A DNA stretch of 57,978 nt from Candidatus Woesearchaeota archaeon (lineage in GTDB: Archaea; Nanobdellota; Nanobdellia; Woesearchaeales; ARS49): the NCBI GenBank assembly GCA_014729555.1, contig WJJT01000021.1, positions 1 through 57,978 of the forward strand. The letters are read 5' to 3'. Below the pieces are notes generated by a model, which saw nothing but the letters and a program-made list of their open reading frames with translations, made no database searches and was not told where the DNA came from. The position numbers were made by a program, and so were the translations under genes. This document shows positions 42,867 to 51,789 of the stretch, piece after piece. Position 1 is the stretch's first letter. Each line of letters begins with the position of its first letter.

Positions 42867-43082
42867 ATGGCAGAGGAAATCAAGAAAACAGATATTATCG
42901 GCGAGGTTGTTGAAAAGCACGAAAAGCTTGCTCCGATTTTCTTCAAGTTTGGCATGCACTGTATTGGCTGCCCTGCTGCAAGGGGAGAGTCTATTGAGGA
43001 TGGTGCTAAGGCGCATGGCCTTGATGATGAAAAAATAAAAGCTTTAATAAAGGATCTTAATGAGGAACTTGCAAAAGAATAG
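42867..43082 (+). CDS. DUF1858 / hybrid-cluster-protein-associated redox disulfide domain protein
   Basis: FGMHCIGCPAARGESIEDGAKAHGLD is the family signature. 71 aa. TATA-like ATAAATA lies about 25 nt upstream. Confidence 0.7.
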   Translation: MAEEIKKTDIIGEVVEKHEKLAPIFFKFGMHCIGCPAARGESIEDGAKAHGLDDEKIKALIKDLNEELAKE

Positions 43083-43170
43083 TTCTGATTTATATTTTCA
43101 TAACATATATTTTGTTTTCTAACAATGTTTAAATACAAGCCTGTCTTATTGTATATATTCTAAAGTGCAA

Positions 43171-43186
43171 CCACCATATCTTGTGG
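43171..43186 (+). promoter_or_regulatory. candidate NrdR box
   Basis: CCACCATATCTTGTGG is a 16-bp palindrome. By my alignment it matches 12 of 16 positions of the published acaCwAtATaTwGtgt consensus. It lies between a TATATATT element (43152-43159) and the nrdR ATG (43222). Confidence 0.5.
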
Positions 43187-43221
43187 TTTGCTACTTTTCA
43201 CTGATGAAAAAAGGTGATTCA

Positions 43222-43662
43222 ATGAGATGCCCGTATTGCTTGAAATCAGAAACAAGTGTTCTTGACAGCAGGCCCAGCCTTGATTCAATTAGAAGGCGTC
43301 GTTCCTGCAGGTCATGCTCAAAGAGATTCACTACTTATGAGCGCATAGAAAATACTTTAAGTGTTCTCAAGAAAAATGGAAAAATAGAGCTGTTTGACAG
43401 GCAGAAACTAATGCACGGCATTCTAAAGGCTTGTGAAAAAAGGCCTGTCACAGTCGAGCAGATTGAGAGCATGCTGGACTGCATAGAGGCAGAGCTCAGG
43501 CAGAAGCACACCAATAAGATACCTACAAAGATAGTTGGAGACCTGGTTATACAAAAGCTAAAAAAGCTTGACGGTGTTGCTTACATGCGTTTTACGTCTG
43601 TTTACAGGAGCTTCAGGAGCCCCAGGCAGTTTGCTAAAGAGGTTGAAAAACTAAAAAGATGA
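43222..43662 (+). CDS. nrdR: transcriptional repressor NrdR (zinc ribbon + ATP-cone)
   Basis: MRCPYCLKSETSVLDSRPS...RRRRSCRSCSKRFTTYE followed by an ATP-cone. GGTGAT SD lies 5 nt upstream of the ATG at 43222. Confidence 0.9.
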   Translation: MRCPYCLKSETSVLDSRPSLDSIRRRRSCRSCSKRFTTYERIENTLSVLKKNGKIELFDRQKLMHGILKACEKRPVTVEQIESMLDCIEAELRQKHTNKIPTKIVGDLVIQKLKKLDGVAYMRFTSVYRSFRSPRQFAKEVEKLKR

Positions 43663-43672
43663 GGGGTTTAAA

Positions 43673-45844
43673 ATGGTAGTAACACAAATAAAAAAGCGTA
43701 ACAACGAGTTGGCGCCGTTTGACAGGATAAAGATATCCACTGCAATTTACAGGGCTGCTGTTGCTGTCGGAGGAAAAGACAGGGCAAGGGCTGATGATCT
43801 TGCAAAGCAGGTCGAGCATGTCCTTAACAAGAAGTTTGGAGAAAAGATTCCGAATGTAGAAGAGATACAGGATATTGTGGAGACTGTTCTTATTGACCAG
43901 GGCCATGGAAAGACTGCAAAAGCTTACATTCTTTACAGGCAAAGGCACAAGGAAGTGCGGGAGGCAAGAGAGGTTATGCTTGGCAAGCCGACTTCTATAA
44001 AGGTCTCGCTTAATTCACTTGCAGTTCTCAAGGGAAGGTATTTATTAAAAGATCCTGCTGGAAACATAATAGAGACTCCTGAGGAATTATTCAGCAGGGT
44101 TGCTGAGAATATCTCTTTGGCAGAACCAAAATACGGCGGTGATGCAAAAAAGACAGAAGACGCTTTTTATGAGGCTATGACTTCTATGAAATTCATGCCC
44201 TGCTCTCCTACTTTGATGAATGCAGGCGCTCCGCTGCAGCAGTTGTCTGCCTGCTTTGTTCTTCCTGTGAGTGACAGCATCAAGGAGATTTTTGATTCTG
44301 TAAAAAATACCGCAATAATACACCAAAGCGGTGGAGGCACTGGCTTTAGTTTTTCAAGGATACGGCCAAGAAATGATATTGTTATCTCCACTAAAGGCAC
44401 TGCATCCGGTCCCTTGTCTTTTATTCGTGTTTTTGATACTGCTACTGATGTGATTAATCAGGGCGGCAAGAGGCGCGGTGCAAACATGGGCATCTTGAGG
44501 ATAGACCACCCAGACATAATGGATTTTATTGTTGCAAAGGAAAAGACCACTGTCCTGAATAATTTTAATCTATCAGTTGCCTTGACAGGCAAGTTCATGG
44601 AGGCTGTTAAAAAAGGAGAGGATTATGAATTAATCAACCCCAAGACCAATAAGCCTGTGAAAAAGCTTAATGCAAAAAAGGTTTTTGACTTGATTGTCTT
44701 GATGGCCTGGAAAAACGGTGAGCCAGGAATCATTTTCATTGACAAGATAAACAAGGACAATCCAACTCCTGAGATTGGCGAGATTGAGAGCACTAATCCC
44801 TGTGGGGAGCAGCCTCTGCTTCCGTATGAGAGCTGTAATCTTGGCTCTATTAATCTTGCTAAGTTTGTTAAAAAGGACAGGACTGTTGACTGGCCTGGCT
44901 TGAAAGAGTGCTGCAAGCTCTCTGTGCATTTCATGGATAATGTTATTGACATGAATAACCTGCCTCTGCCTGAAATTGAAGAGATGACCAGGAACAACAG
45001 AAAGATTGGTATTGGTGTGATGGGCTGGGCAGATATGCTTTACCAGCTGAGGATCCCTTATAATTCTGAAGAGGCAATCCAATTGGCTGAGAAATTGATG
45101 AAGTTTGTTGATGATGAAATACGCACTGCTTCTGAAGAGCTTGCTGCAAAAAGAGGGCCTTTTCCAAACATCCAGAAGAGCATTTACAAGAATAAGACGC
45201 CTGTTAGAAACGCTGCCAGGACTACTATTGCCCCTACCGGAACAATCAGCATGATTGCAGACTGCTCCTCTGGAATAGAGCCTTTGTTCTCTATTGCTTA
45301 TATCAAGAGGGTTATGGGCGGCCAGGAACTGCTTTACATTAATCAGCATTTCAAGAATGCCCTGAAAGACACTGGTCTTTATACAGATAACATAATCCAG
45401 AAAGTTACTGACAAGGCTTCTATACAGGGTGTTGAAGAGATTCCTGAAGAGCTTAGAAAGATTTTTGTCACTGCTTTTGACATATCACCTGAGTGGCATG
45501 TCAGGATGCAGGCAGCCTTTCAGAAATACACCAACAATGCTGTCAGCAAGACTGTTAATTTCCCGAACGATGCAACCACTGCTGATGTTGAGCAGGTTTA
45601 CTTGCTGGCTTATGATACCGGCTGCAAGGGCGTTACTGTGTATAGGGATGGCAGCAGGGAAGGCCAGATTCTTAATGTTAAGTCTGATAAAAAAGAGGAA
45701 AAAGCAGATCAAAAAAAGGAGGAAAAGCAGGGAAGCAAGTGCAAGTTTGATGACAAGAACTGTCCTGAGTGCAGTGCTGCAATGGTTTTCAAAGAAGGCT
45801 GTGCTACCTGCCCTGATTGCGGTTGGTCTAAATGCAGTGTTTAA
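43673..45844 (+). CDS. nrdJ: adenosylcobalamin-dependent (class II) ribonucleotide reductase
   Basis: N-terminal ATP-cone. NPCGEQPLLPYESCNLGSINL and GVTVYRDGSREGQIL. C-terminal zinc ribbon CPECSAAMVFKEGCATCPDCGWSKC. Confidence 0.9.
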   Translation: MVVTQIKKRNNELAPFDRIKISTAIYRAAVAVGGKDRARADDLAKQVEHVLNKKFGEKIPNVEEIQDIVETVLIDQGHGKTAKAYILYRQRHKEVREAREVMLGKPTSIKVSLNSLAVLKGRYLLKDPAGNIIETPEELFSRVAENISLAEPKYGGDAKKTEDAFYEAMTSMKFMPCSPTLMNAGAPLQQLSACFVLPVSDSIKEIFDSVKNTAIIHQSGGGTGFSFSRIRPRNDIVISTKGTASGPLSFIRVFDTATDVINQGGKRRGANMGILRIDHPDIMDFIVAKEKTTVLNNFNLSVALTGKFMEAVKKGEDYELINPKTNKPVKKLNAKKVFDLIVLMAWKNGEPGIIFIDKINKDNPTPEIGEIESTNPCGEQPLLPYESCNLGSINLAKFVKKDRTVDWPGLKECCKLSVHFMDNVIDMNNLPLPEIEEMTRNNRKIGIGVMGWADMLYQLRIPYNSEEAIQLAEKLMKFVDDEIRTASEELAAKRGPFPNIQKSIYKNKTPVRNAARTTIAPTGTISMIADCSSGIEPLFSIAYIKRVMGGQELLYINQHFKNALKDTGLYTDNIIQKVTDKASIQGVEEIPEELRKIFVTAFDISPEWHVRMQAAFQKYTNNAVSKTVNFPNDATTADVEQVYLLAYDTGCKGVTVYRDGSREGQILNVKSDKKEEKADQKKEEKQGSKCKFDDKNCPECSAAMVFKEGCATCPDCGWSKCSV

Positions 45845-45846
45845 TC

Positions 45847-46440
45847 ATGACTCCAAGCAAGTTAGGTTTGATCCAGGTTTATACTGGAGAGGGAAAGGGA
45901 AAGACTTCTGCCTCTCTTGGCCTTAGCCTGCGGGCTCTTGGCCAGGGTTTTTCCACTTATATTATCCAGTTCATGAAATCTGGTGATACTGGAGAATTAT
46001 TCAGTGTTAAGAAATACATTCCTAATATCAAGATTGCGCAGTTTGGAAAGGATGCTATTGCTGACAAGCAGTCAAAGATGTTTGAGTTTGACGGGTCAGA
46101 TGAGATTAAGGGTACTGACGGCAGGTTTATTTTTTTGCCAGACGCTGCTGAAAGAGAGCCTGCAAGAAGGGCTCTTGAGCATGCTGCTAATGTGATTAAG
46201 TCAGGCAAGTATCATCTTGTTATTCTTGATGAGATTAATTGTGCTCTTGACAAGAACTTGATTGAAGTGAATGATGTTGTGCGCCTGCTTGATGAAAAGC
46301 CGGATAATGTAGAGGTTATTCTTACTGGCAGAAACGCGCCCCAGTTGATTATGGACCGTGCAGATTATGTCAGTGAGATTAAGCAGGTCAAGCATCCCTG
46401 GGAGCAGGGAATCGGCGCCAGAAGGGGCATTGAATACTAA
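45847..46440 (+). CDS. cobA: cob(I)alamin adenosyltransferase (CobA/BtuR/CobO type)
   Basis: IQVYTGEGKGKTSASLGLSLRALGQG (P-loop), IIQFMK, LVILDEINCAL. Starts 2 nt after the nrdJ stop. Confidence 0.85.
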   Translation: MTPSKLGLIQVYTGEGKGKTSASLGLSLRALGQGFSTYIIQFMKSGDTGELFSVKKYIPNIKIAQFGKDAIADKQSKMFEFDGSDEIKGTDGRFIFLPDAAEREPARRALEHAANVIKSGKYHLVILDEINCALDKNLIEVNDVVRLLDEKPDNVEVILTGRNAPQLIMDRADYVSEIKQVKHPWEQGIGARRGIEY

Positions 46441-46470
46441 AATATAAATACAACCTATGCATTTCTTGTC

Positions 46471-47175
46471 TTGGGGGTTATGATGGGAGATGATTCTAAA
46501 GAGATAAAGGTTACGTATGAGACCTTGTATGAGGTTCTTCGCAGGGAGAAGAGCAAGGATGAGCTTCAGAAGCTTGACGAGTCTTTTTTTCGTGATGTTC
46601 TTGAGTATCTTAAGGAAAAGACAAGGATTGTTCAGGAGGCTGCTGGCAAGTTTGACATGTTTTCTGTTGAAGAAAGAGAGAACACCCAGATTCAGTTGAA
46701 TAATGTCAGGAGGATTTTGAAAGAGATTTATGAGAGAAGAGAGAAAAAGATTATTGACATGGCCTTGAACAAGTCCAAGACTAATTCCAGTATTATTGAC
46801 ACAACTAACCTGCTCGCAAAAGAGCATGAATTGTATAATGAGGCTGTGAAGCTTCTTGACACATTCAGAAAGGATATCCTGCTTAGCCTGCTTGAGTTAA
46901 AGTCTTCTGGTGTTTCACAGCCTGCTACATGGCAAGAGCCCTCTTCAGAATCCCCTGCTCCAGAACCTGAAGCTGAACCTGCATCATCAGCTCCAGAGAC
47001 AGAACCTTCTGCAGCAGCAGGCAGGGTTAATGTCAAGTTCTTGCAAAAGATTGAGCAGTTTGTGGGAAAGGAGCTTGAATTATACGGCCCTTTTGAGCCA
47101 GACACAACTGCAGAGCTTCCAAAAGAAATTGCTGATATCTTGATTAATAAAGGTAGTGCTTCTATAGTCGAATAG
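46471..47175 (+). CDS. GINS-like replication protein (Gins51/Gins15-like), putative
   Basis: N-terminal VTYETLYEVLRREKSKDELQKLDESFFRDVLEYLKEK resembles the archaeal GINS A-domain. A P/E/S/A low-complexity linker is followed by a small C-terminal domain. Confidence 0.45.
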   Translation: MGVMMGDDSKEIKVTYETLYEVLRREKSKDELQKLDESFFRDVLEYLKEKTRIVQEAAGKFDMFSVEERENTQIQLNNVRRILKEIYERREKKIIDMALNKSKTNSSIIDTTNLLAKEHELYNEAVKLLDTFRKDILLSLLELKSSGVSQPATWQEPSSESPAPEPEAEPASSAPETEPSAAAGRVNVKFLQKIEQFVGKELELYGPFEPDTTAELPKEIADILINKGSASIVE

Positions 47176-47218
47176 TTCTTCTTTAGTTTCAAAACCTACT
47201 AAAATCAAAGATTTTAGA

Positions 47219-47253
47219 GGTTCGAAAAATGTCCCATTTTTCGTAACCTTTTT
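47219..47253 (+). terminator. hairpin plus T5 run downstream of the GINS-like gene
   Basis: GGTTCGAAAAATG-tcc-CATTTTTCGTAACC (13-bp stem with one bulge) followed by TTTTT. The T-run merges into TTTTTAAATAAATA, the likely TATA box of rpl44e. Confidence 0.5.
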
Positions 47254-47293
47254 AAATAAATACCTGCTCAGCTGAGTAATAAGAGGATTTATC

Positions 47294-47608
47294 ATGAAAA
47301 TACCCAAGACTAGAAGAATGCACTGTCCTAAGTGCAAAAAACATACTGAGCATAAGGTTTCTGAGGCTAAGAAAAAAACAATTGGTTCTGCGCATCCGCA
47401 AAGTTATGGAAGCAAGAAAAGAGCTAAGAAAAGAGGTGCTTTAGGTTCTGGTTCCCAGGGTCGTTACTCTAAGCCTGCCTTGAGCAAGTGGAAGATGACT
47501 GGAAAAAAGCAGTCCAAGAAGGTTGACCTGCGCTATACCTGCACTGTCTGCAGAAAGGCGCACACAGCCGGCAAGGCATGGCGTGCAAGGAGGGTGGAGT
47601 TCAAATGA
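47294..47608 (+). CDS. rpl44e: 50S ribosomal protein L44e (eL42)
   Basis: Zinc ribbon CPKCKKHTEHKV ... CTVCRKAH. Basic composition. Confidence 0.9.
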   Translation: MKIPKTRRMHCPKCKKHTEHKVSEAKKKTIGSAHPQSYGSKKRAKKRGALGSGSQGRYSKPALSKWKMTGKKQSKKVDLRYTCTVCRKAHTAGKAWRARRVEFK

Positions 47609-47790
47609 AGTCAATCAGGGAAACTGATGCAAAGTTTATCAAGCTTAGGTGCCCTAAATGCAAGAATGAGCAGATTGTTTTTGGCAAGGCTGCAACAGTG
47701 GTTAATTGTCTTGTCTGCAATAAGCCTCTTGCAGAGCCTACTGGCGGAAAGACAAAGGTTAAGGCAAGGGTGCTTGAAGTATTAGAGTGA
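47605..47790 (+). CDS. rps27e: 30S ribosomal protein S27e
   Basis: CPKCKNEQIVFGKAATVVNCLVCNKPL. ATGA overlap with the rpl44e stop. Start set at MKSIRE. Confidence 0.9.
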   Translation: MKSIRETDAKFIKLRCPKCKNEQIVFGKAATVVNCLVCNKPLAEPTGGKTKVKARVLEVLE

Positions 47791-47826
47791 TTTTTTATTC
47801 AAGAATATCAGGGGGTCTGTAGTAAG

Positions 47827-48606
47827 GTGCTGTTAAAGAAAGAGGGATTTCCAGAAGAGGATGAGCTAGTTCTCTGCACTGTCACAGGAGTCCAGTACCA
47901 TTCTGTTTTTGTCAAGCTTGATGAGTATGGCAGGACTGGCTTGATTCACATTTCTGAGATTGCTCCTGGAAGGATCAGGAATATTCGTGATTATGTTGTT
48001 GAGGGCAAGAAGGTTGTCTGCAAAGTTCTGAGGATAGACAAGGAAAAAGGGCATATTGACCTCTCTTTAAGAAGGGTTAATGAGGCCCAGAAAAGAAACA
48101 AGCTTAATCAGGTTAAGCAGGAGCAGCTTGCTGAGAAGATTATTGAGATTGTTGCTAAAGAAAACAAGCAGGACAAGATGAAGCTGTACAAAACTCTTTC
48201 GCAGAAACTGCTAGATAAGTATCCAAGCATGTTTGCTGCTTTTGAGGATGTTGTGCTTGGCTCTCTTGATTTTTCAAATCTTATTGATGCAAAGCTTGCA
48301 AAGCAGTTGACAGATGCCATAACACACAGGATAAAGCCTCCAGAGGTTGAGATTGGCGGTGAGTTGATGCTCTCTTCATACGAGCCTGCTGGTGTTGAGT
48401 TGATTAAAGAGACCTTGAAAGAGGTAGAGTCTGTCAAAGACGGACTTGTTATCAAGTACAAGGGCACAGGCGTGTATAGCATGTGGGTCAAGTCAGAGGA
48501 TTACAAGAGCGCAGAAAAAGTGCTGAAAAAGGCTATTGAGGCTCTTGAGAAGTTTGCAAAAAAGAACAAGATTAGTATGGAATTCAAGAGGATTGAGAAA
48601 GATTAA
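47827..48606 (+). CDS. eif2a: translation initiation factor aIF-2 alpha subunit
   Basis: S1 domain EDELVLCTVTGVQYHSVFVKLDEYGRTGLIHISEIAPGRIRNIRDYV. GTG start. Conserved position after rps27e. Confidence 0.9.
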   Translation: MLLKKEGFPEEDELVLCTVTGVQYHSVFVKLDEYGRTGLIHISEIAPGRIRNIRDYVVEGKKVVCKVLRIDKEKGHIDLSLRRVNEAQKRNKLNQVKQEQLAEKIIEIVAKENKQDKMKLYKTLSQKLLDKYPSMFAAFEDVVLGSLDFSNLIDAKLAKQLTDAITHRIKPPEVEIGGELMLSSYEPAGVELIKETLKEVESVKDGLVIKYKGTGVYSMWVKSEDYKSAEKVLKKAIEALEKFAKKNKISMEFKRIEKD

Positions 48607-48754
48607 GCATATCCTTAAATGTGAGAAGTGCAGTGCTTACACAATGAAAGAGAAATGTAAGTGCGGTGGAAAGGCAGTGACTGTTGTCCCTGCAAAATAC
48701 AGTCCGCAGGACAGGTATGCTGAATACAGGAGAAAAGCGAAGGGTTTGGTATGA
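48593..48754 (+). CDS. nop10: H/ACA RNP protein Nop10
   Basis: CEKCSAYTMKEKCKCGGKAV...KYSPQDRYAEYRRK. A TTG start at 48593 gives a typical length of about 53 aa. The track ORF from 48536 would overlap eif2a by 71 nt. The start is uncertain. Confidence 0.8.
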   Translation: MRKIKHILKCEKCSAYTMKEKCKCGGKAVTVVPAKYSPQDRYAEYRRKAKGLV

Positions 48755-49560
48755 TGGGTATGTGGAATATTGAGTTCACTGGCAAAAAGCCTAATTTGAA
48801 AAACCCTGTCTTTATTGAGGGCCTGCCTGGCATTGGTAATGTTGGAAAGCTGGCAGCTGATTTTCTTATTGAGGAAATAAAAGCAAAGAAGATTGCTGAG
48901 TTTACCTCTTTTAGTTTTCCTCACTCTGTTTTCATTAATGAGGATAATCTTGTTGAGCTTCCTGTTATTGAGGTTTATTGCAAGAAGTTCAATAACAGAA
49001 AAAAGGATTTGCTGATTTTGGCAGGTGATGTCCAGCCTATTGATGAAAAGTCTTGTTATGAGTTTTCCAGCAAGGTTCTTGATATCGCAAGCGAGTTTGG
49101 CTGCAGTGAGATTGTGACTCTTGGCGGCATTGCTATGAAGTCAGAGCCTAAGAGTCCTTCTGTTTTCTGCACTGGAAACAATAAAGAGTTGATTACTGCT
49201 TACAAGAAGAGCATTAAGAACCTGAATAATGAGTTGTATGGTGTTGTCGGCCCGATTATTGGTGTCTCTGGTGTCTTGCTTGGTCTTGCCGGCAGGAAAA
49301 ACATGAAAGCTGTTTCTTTGCTTGCAGAGACTTATGGCCATCCGATGTATCTTGGTGTCAAGGGAACAAGGGAGATTCTCAAGGTCTTGAACAAGAAGTT
49401 TAATCTCAAGCTTAATTTCAAGTCTATCGACAAGGAAATGGAGGCAATCAACGGGGAGTTCAGCCAGCAGAAGCAGCAGTTAAGCCCTGCAGACCTCCAG
49501 AAAAACAAGGCAATAAAGAAGTTAAGGAAATCCTGTAATGATGTTAATTATATTGGTTAA
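48751..49560 (+). CDS. PAC2-family (proteasome assembly chaperone-like, COG1938) protein
   Basis: NPVFIEGLPGIGNVGKLAADFLIEE. Conserved archaeal position after nop10. ATGA overlap. Confidence 0.65.
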   Translation: MMGMWNIEFTGKKPNLKNPVFIEGLPGIGNVGKLAADFLIEEIKAKKIAEFTSFSFPHSVFINEDNLVELPVIEVYCKKFNNRKKDLLILAGDVQPIDEKSCYEFSSKVLDIASEFGCSEIVTLGGIAMKSEPKSPSVFCTGNNKELITAYKKSIKNLNNELYGVVGPIIGVSGVLLGLAGRKNMKAVSLLAETYGHPMYLGVKGTREILKVLNKKFNLKLNFKSIDKEMEAINGEFSQQKQQLSPADLQKNKAIKKLRKSCNDVNYIG

Positions 49561-49657
49561 ACACACAACTCATTGATAACTACGTGCCAATAACCACCAG
49601 CTGCTTAACCACAACATTTAAAAACATATTATTCTATTATTTCTTAAAAAAGGTGAT

Positions 49658-50929
49658 ATGTTGAAGATACTTAAGGTTAAGTCTCGTGAGATTCTTGATT
49701 CTAGGGGTAATCCTACTGTTGAGACAGATATTTTCACAAGGCAGGGTGTTTCAAGGGCAAGTGTTCCTTCTGGTGCTTCTACAGGCGTGCATGAGGCTGT
49801 TGAGTTAAGGGACGGCGGAAAGAGGTATCTTGGTTTGGGTGTGAGCAAGGCTGTAAAGAACGTCAACAATACCATTGCAAAAAAGATTTCTGGAAAGTCT
49901 TTTGATCAGGAAAAATTGGATAACTTGCTGATTGGTTTGGATGGAACGCCTAACAAGGAACAGCTTGGTGCTAATGCTGTTTTGTCTGTTAGCCTGGCTT
50001 TTTGCAAGGCAAGTGCTTTAGAGCAGGGGGTTCCTCTTTACAGCCACATTGCGAACTTGTTTGAGAGCAAGAAGCTGCTTCTTCCGGTTCCTGCGTTTAA
50101 TATTATAAACGGCGGAAAGCATGCAGAGAACAAGCTGGATTTTCAGGAGTACATGCTTTTGCCTGTCAAGGCAAAGAGTTTCAGCGAGGCCCTGCAGATT
50201 GGTTCTGAGGTTTATCATGTTCTTAAGAAAAGGATTGCAAAGCATTATGGAAAGAGCGCGACCAATGTTGGTGATGAGGGCGGTTTTGCTCCTCCTATGA
50301 CTTGTTTTGAAGAGCCGTTGGATTACATTATGGATGCAGTTAATGAACTGGGTTATTATAAAAAAATAAAACTGGGTGTTGATGTTGCTGCAACCTCTTT
50401 CTATAGGGGAAATAAGTATTATCTTGAGGGTAGCGAGTTGTCTTCTGGTGAGTTAAGAGACACTTATCTTGAGATGGCTGGTGCATACCCTGTTGTTTCA
50501 ATTGAGGATCCTTTTGTTGAGGATGATTTTGAGGCTTTTGCAAAGCTCAATAAAAAAATAAAGGGTGTGCAGATTGTTGGTGATGATTTGCTGTGCACAA
50601 ACCAGCAGAGGATTCAGAAAGCGATTATCCTGGATTCATGCAATGCTCTTTTGTTGAAAGTTAATCAGATTGGCACTGTTACAGAGGCTCTTGAGGCTGC
50701 AAAGCTTGCCTTGAAGCAGGATTGGAATGTTATGGTTTCTCACAGGAGTGGTGAGACTGATGATAGTTTTATTGCTGACTTGGCTGTTGGCCTTGGCAAT
50801 GGCCAGATTAAGTCAGGCGCGCCCTGCAGAGGAGAGCGTTTGGCAAAATACAATCAATTATTAAGAATAGAGGAAGAGCTTGGTAAAAAGGCAAAGTTTG
50901 GAGGCAGGATAAAATGGCAAAAAAGGTAG
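49658..50929 (+). CDS. eno: enolase
   Basis: [53 protein letters not shown]. Confidence 0.95.
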   Translation: MLKILKVKSREILDSRGNPTVETDIFTRQGVSRASVPSGASTGVHEAVELRDGGKRYLGLGVSKAVKNVNNTIAKKISGKSFDQEKLDNLLIGLDGTPNKEQLGANAVLSVSLAFCKASALEQGVPLYSHIANLFESKKLLLPVPAFNIINGGKHAENKLDFQEYMLLPVKAKSFSEALQIGSEVYHVLKKRIAKHYGKSATNVGDEGGFAPPMTCFEEPLDYIMDAVNELGYYKKIKLGVDVAATSFYRGNKYYLEGSELSSGELRDTYLEMAGAYPVVSIEDPFVEDDFEAFAKLNKKIKGVQIVGDDLLCTNQQRIQKAIILDSCNALLLKVNQIGTVTEALEAAKLALKQDWNVMVSHRSGETDDSFIADLAVGLGNGQIKSGAPCRGERLAKYNQLLRIEEELGKKAKFGGRIKWQKR

Positions 50930-51789
50930 TTTTTGGAGGAACTAATTCACAGGACCTGGGAAGGAGGATTGCAAGAAAGATAAAGGCGCCTTATTCTTCT
51001 TTGGTTGTTAAGCATTTTCCTGATGGCGAGACTAATTTAAGGCTTCCAAAGGATGTTAAGGGCAAGGAAGTTATTCTTGTTGAGTCTATGCATCCTGATC
51101 CTAATGAGATTATGATTGAGATTATTTTTGCTTCAAGGACTGCTAAAGAGCTGGGTGCTAAAAAGGTGACTATTGTTGCTCCTTATTTGGCGTATATGCG
51201 GCAGGACAAGAGGTTTCATTCAAGGGAGTGCAAGTCTAACACTATTATGTCTGCCTTGATGACTTGTGGTGACAGGATTATGACTGTTGACCCGCATTTG
51301 CATAGGATAAGCAGTTTGAGTGAAATTTTTGATATTCCTGCCAAACGGCTTTCTGCTAATGATGCGATTGCAGAGTATATCAAGAAGAATATCAAGAATG
51401 AGGTTATTGTTGGTCCTGACAGTGAGAGTTATCAGTGGGCCAGGGCTATTGCTGACAAGATTAATGTGCATGCAACTGTCCTGAAAAAAAAGAGGTATAC
51501 CTCCAGGCATGTCAGGATTAAGGTTAAGTCAGATATTGATTTCAGGGGAAAGAATGTTGTTATTGTTGATGACATTATCAGCACAGGGCATACAATGATT
51601 GAGCCTATTAAGCAGATTAAGAAGATGGGTGCTAAGAAGATTTATTGTATTGGTGTTCACGGCTTGTTTGTTGAGGGTGCTTTAAAGCGCTTGAAAAAGA
51701 TTGGTGCAAAAGTCATCACAACTAATACTATTCCTAATCCTGCTTCCAGGATTGACTTGTCTGGCACTATTGCAAAGGCTTTAAAATGA
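50914..51789 (+). CDS. prs: ribose-phosphate pyrophosphokinase
   Basis: PRPP-binding loop [14 protein letters not shown] and [10 protein letters not shown]. 16-nt overlap with eno. Confidence 0.9.
   Translation: MAKKVVFGGTNSQDLGRRIARKIKAPYSSLVVKHFPDGETNLRLPKDVKGKEVILVESMHPDPNEIMIEIIFASRTAKELGAKKVTIVAPYLAYMRQDKRFHSRECKSNTIMSALMTCGDRIMTVDPHLHRISSLSEIFDIPAKRLSANDAIAEYIKKNIKNEVIVGPDSESYQWARAIADKINVHATVLKKKRYTSRHVRIKVKSDIDFRGKNVVIVDDIISTGHTMIEPIKQIKKMGAKKIYCIGVHGLFVEGALKRLKKIGAKVITTNTIPNPASRIDLSGTIAKALK

Noticed and set aside
42774-43138. Minus-strand ORFs 42774-43016 and 42836-43138
   Set aside because: They overlap the DUF1858 gene, which has a family signature, and its promoter. They have no motifs.
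43101-43161. Second or third NrdR boxes upstream of nrdR (ACATATATTTTGT at 43103-43115; TTATTGTATATATTCT at 43146-43161)
   Set aside because: Both are AT-rich and lack the conserved C/G flanks in register. Their centre-to-centre spacing to the good box (about 70 and 25 bp) is not the usual 31-32 bp. The second more likely acts as the TATA box.
44630-45349. 239-aa minus-strand ORF, plus several shorter ones, inside nrdJ
   Set aside because: Antisense to a gene with multiple diagnostic class II RNR motifs.
46201-46827. 208-aa minus-strand ORF spanning the cobA end and the GINS-like start
   Set aside because: It would overlap two well-supported plus-strand genes and cross their intergenic promoter. 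The translation is leucine/asparagine-rich and motif-free.
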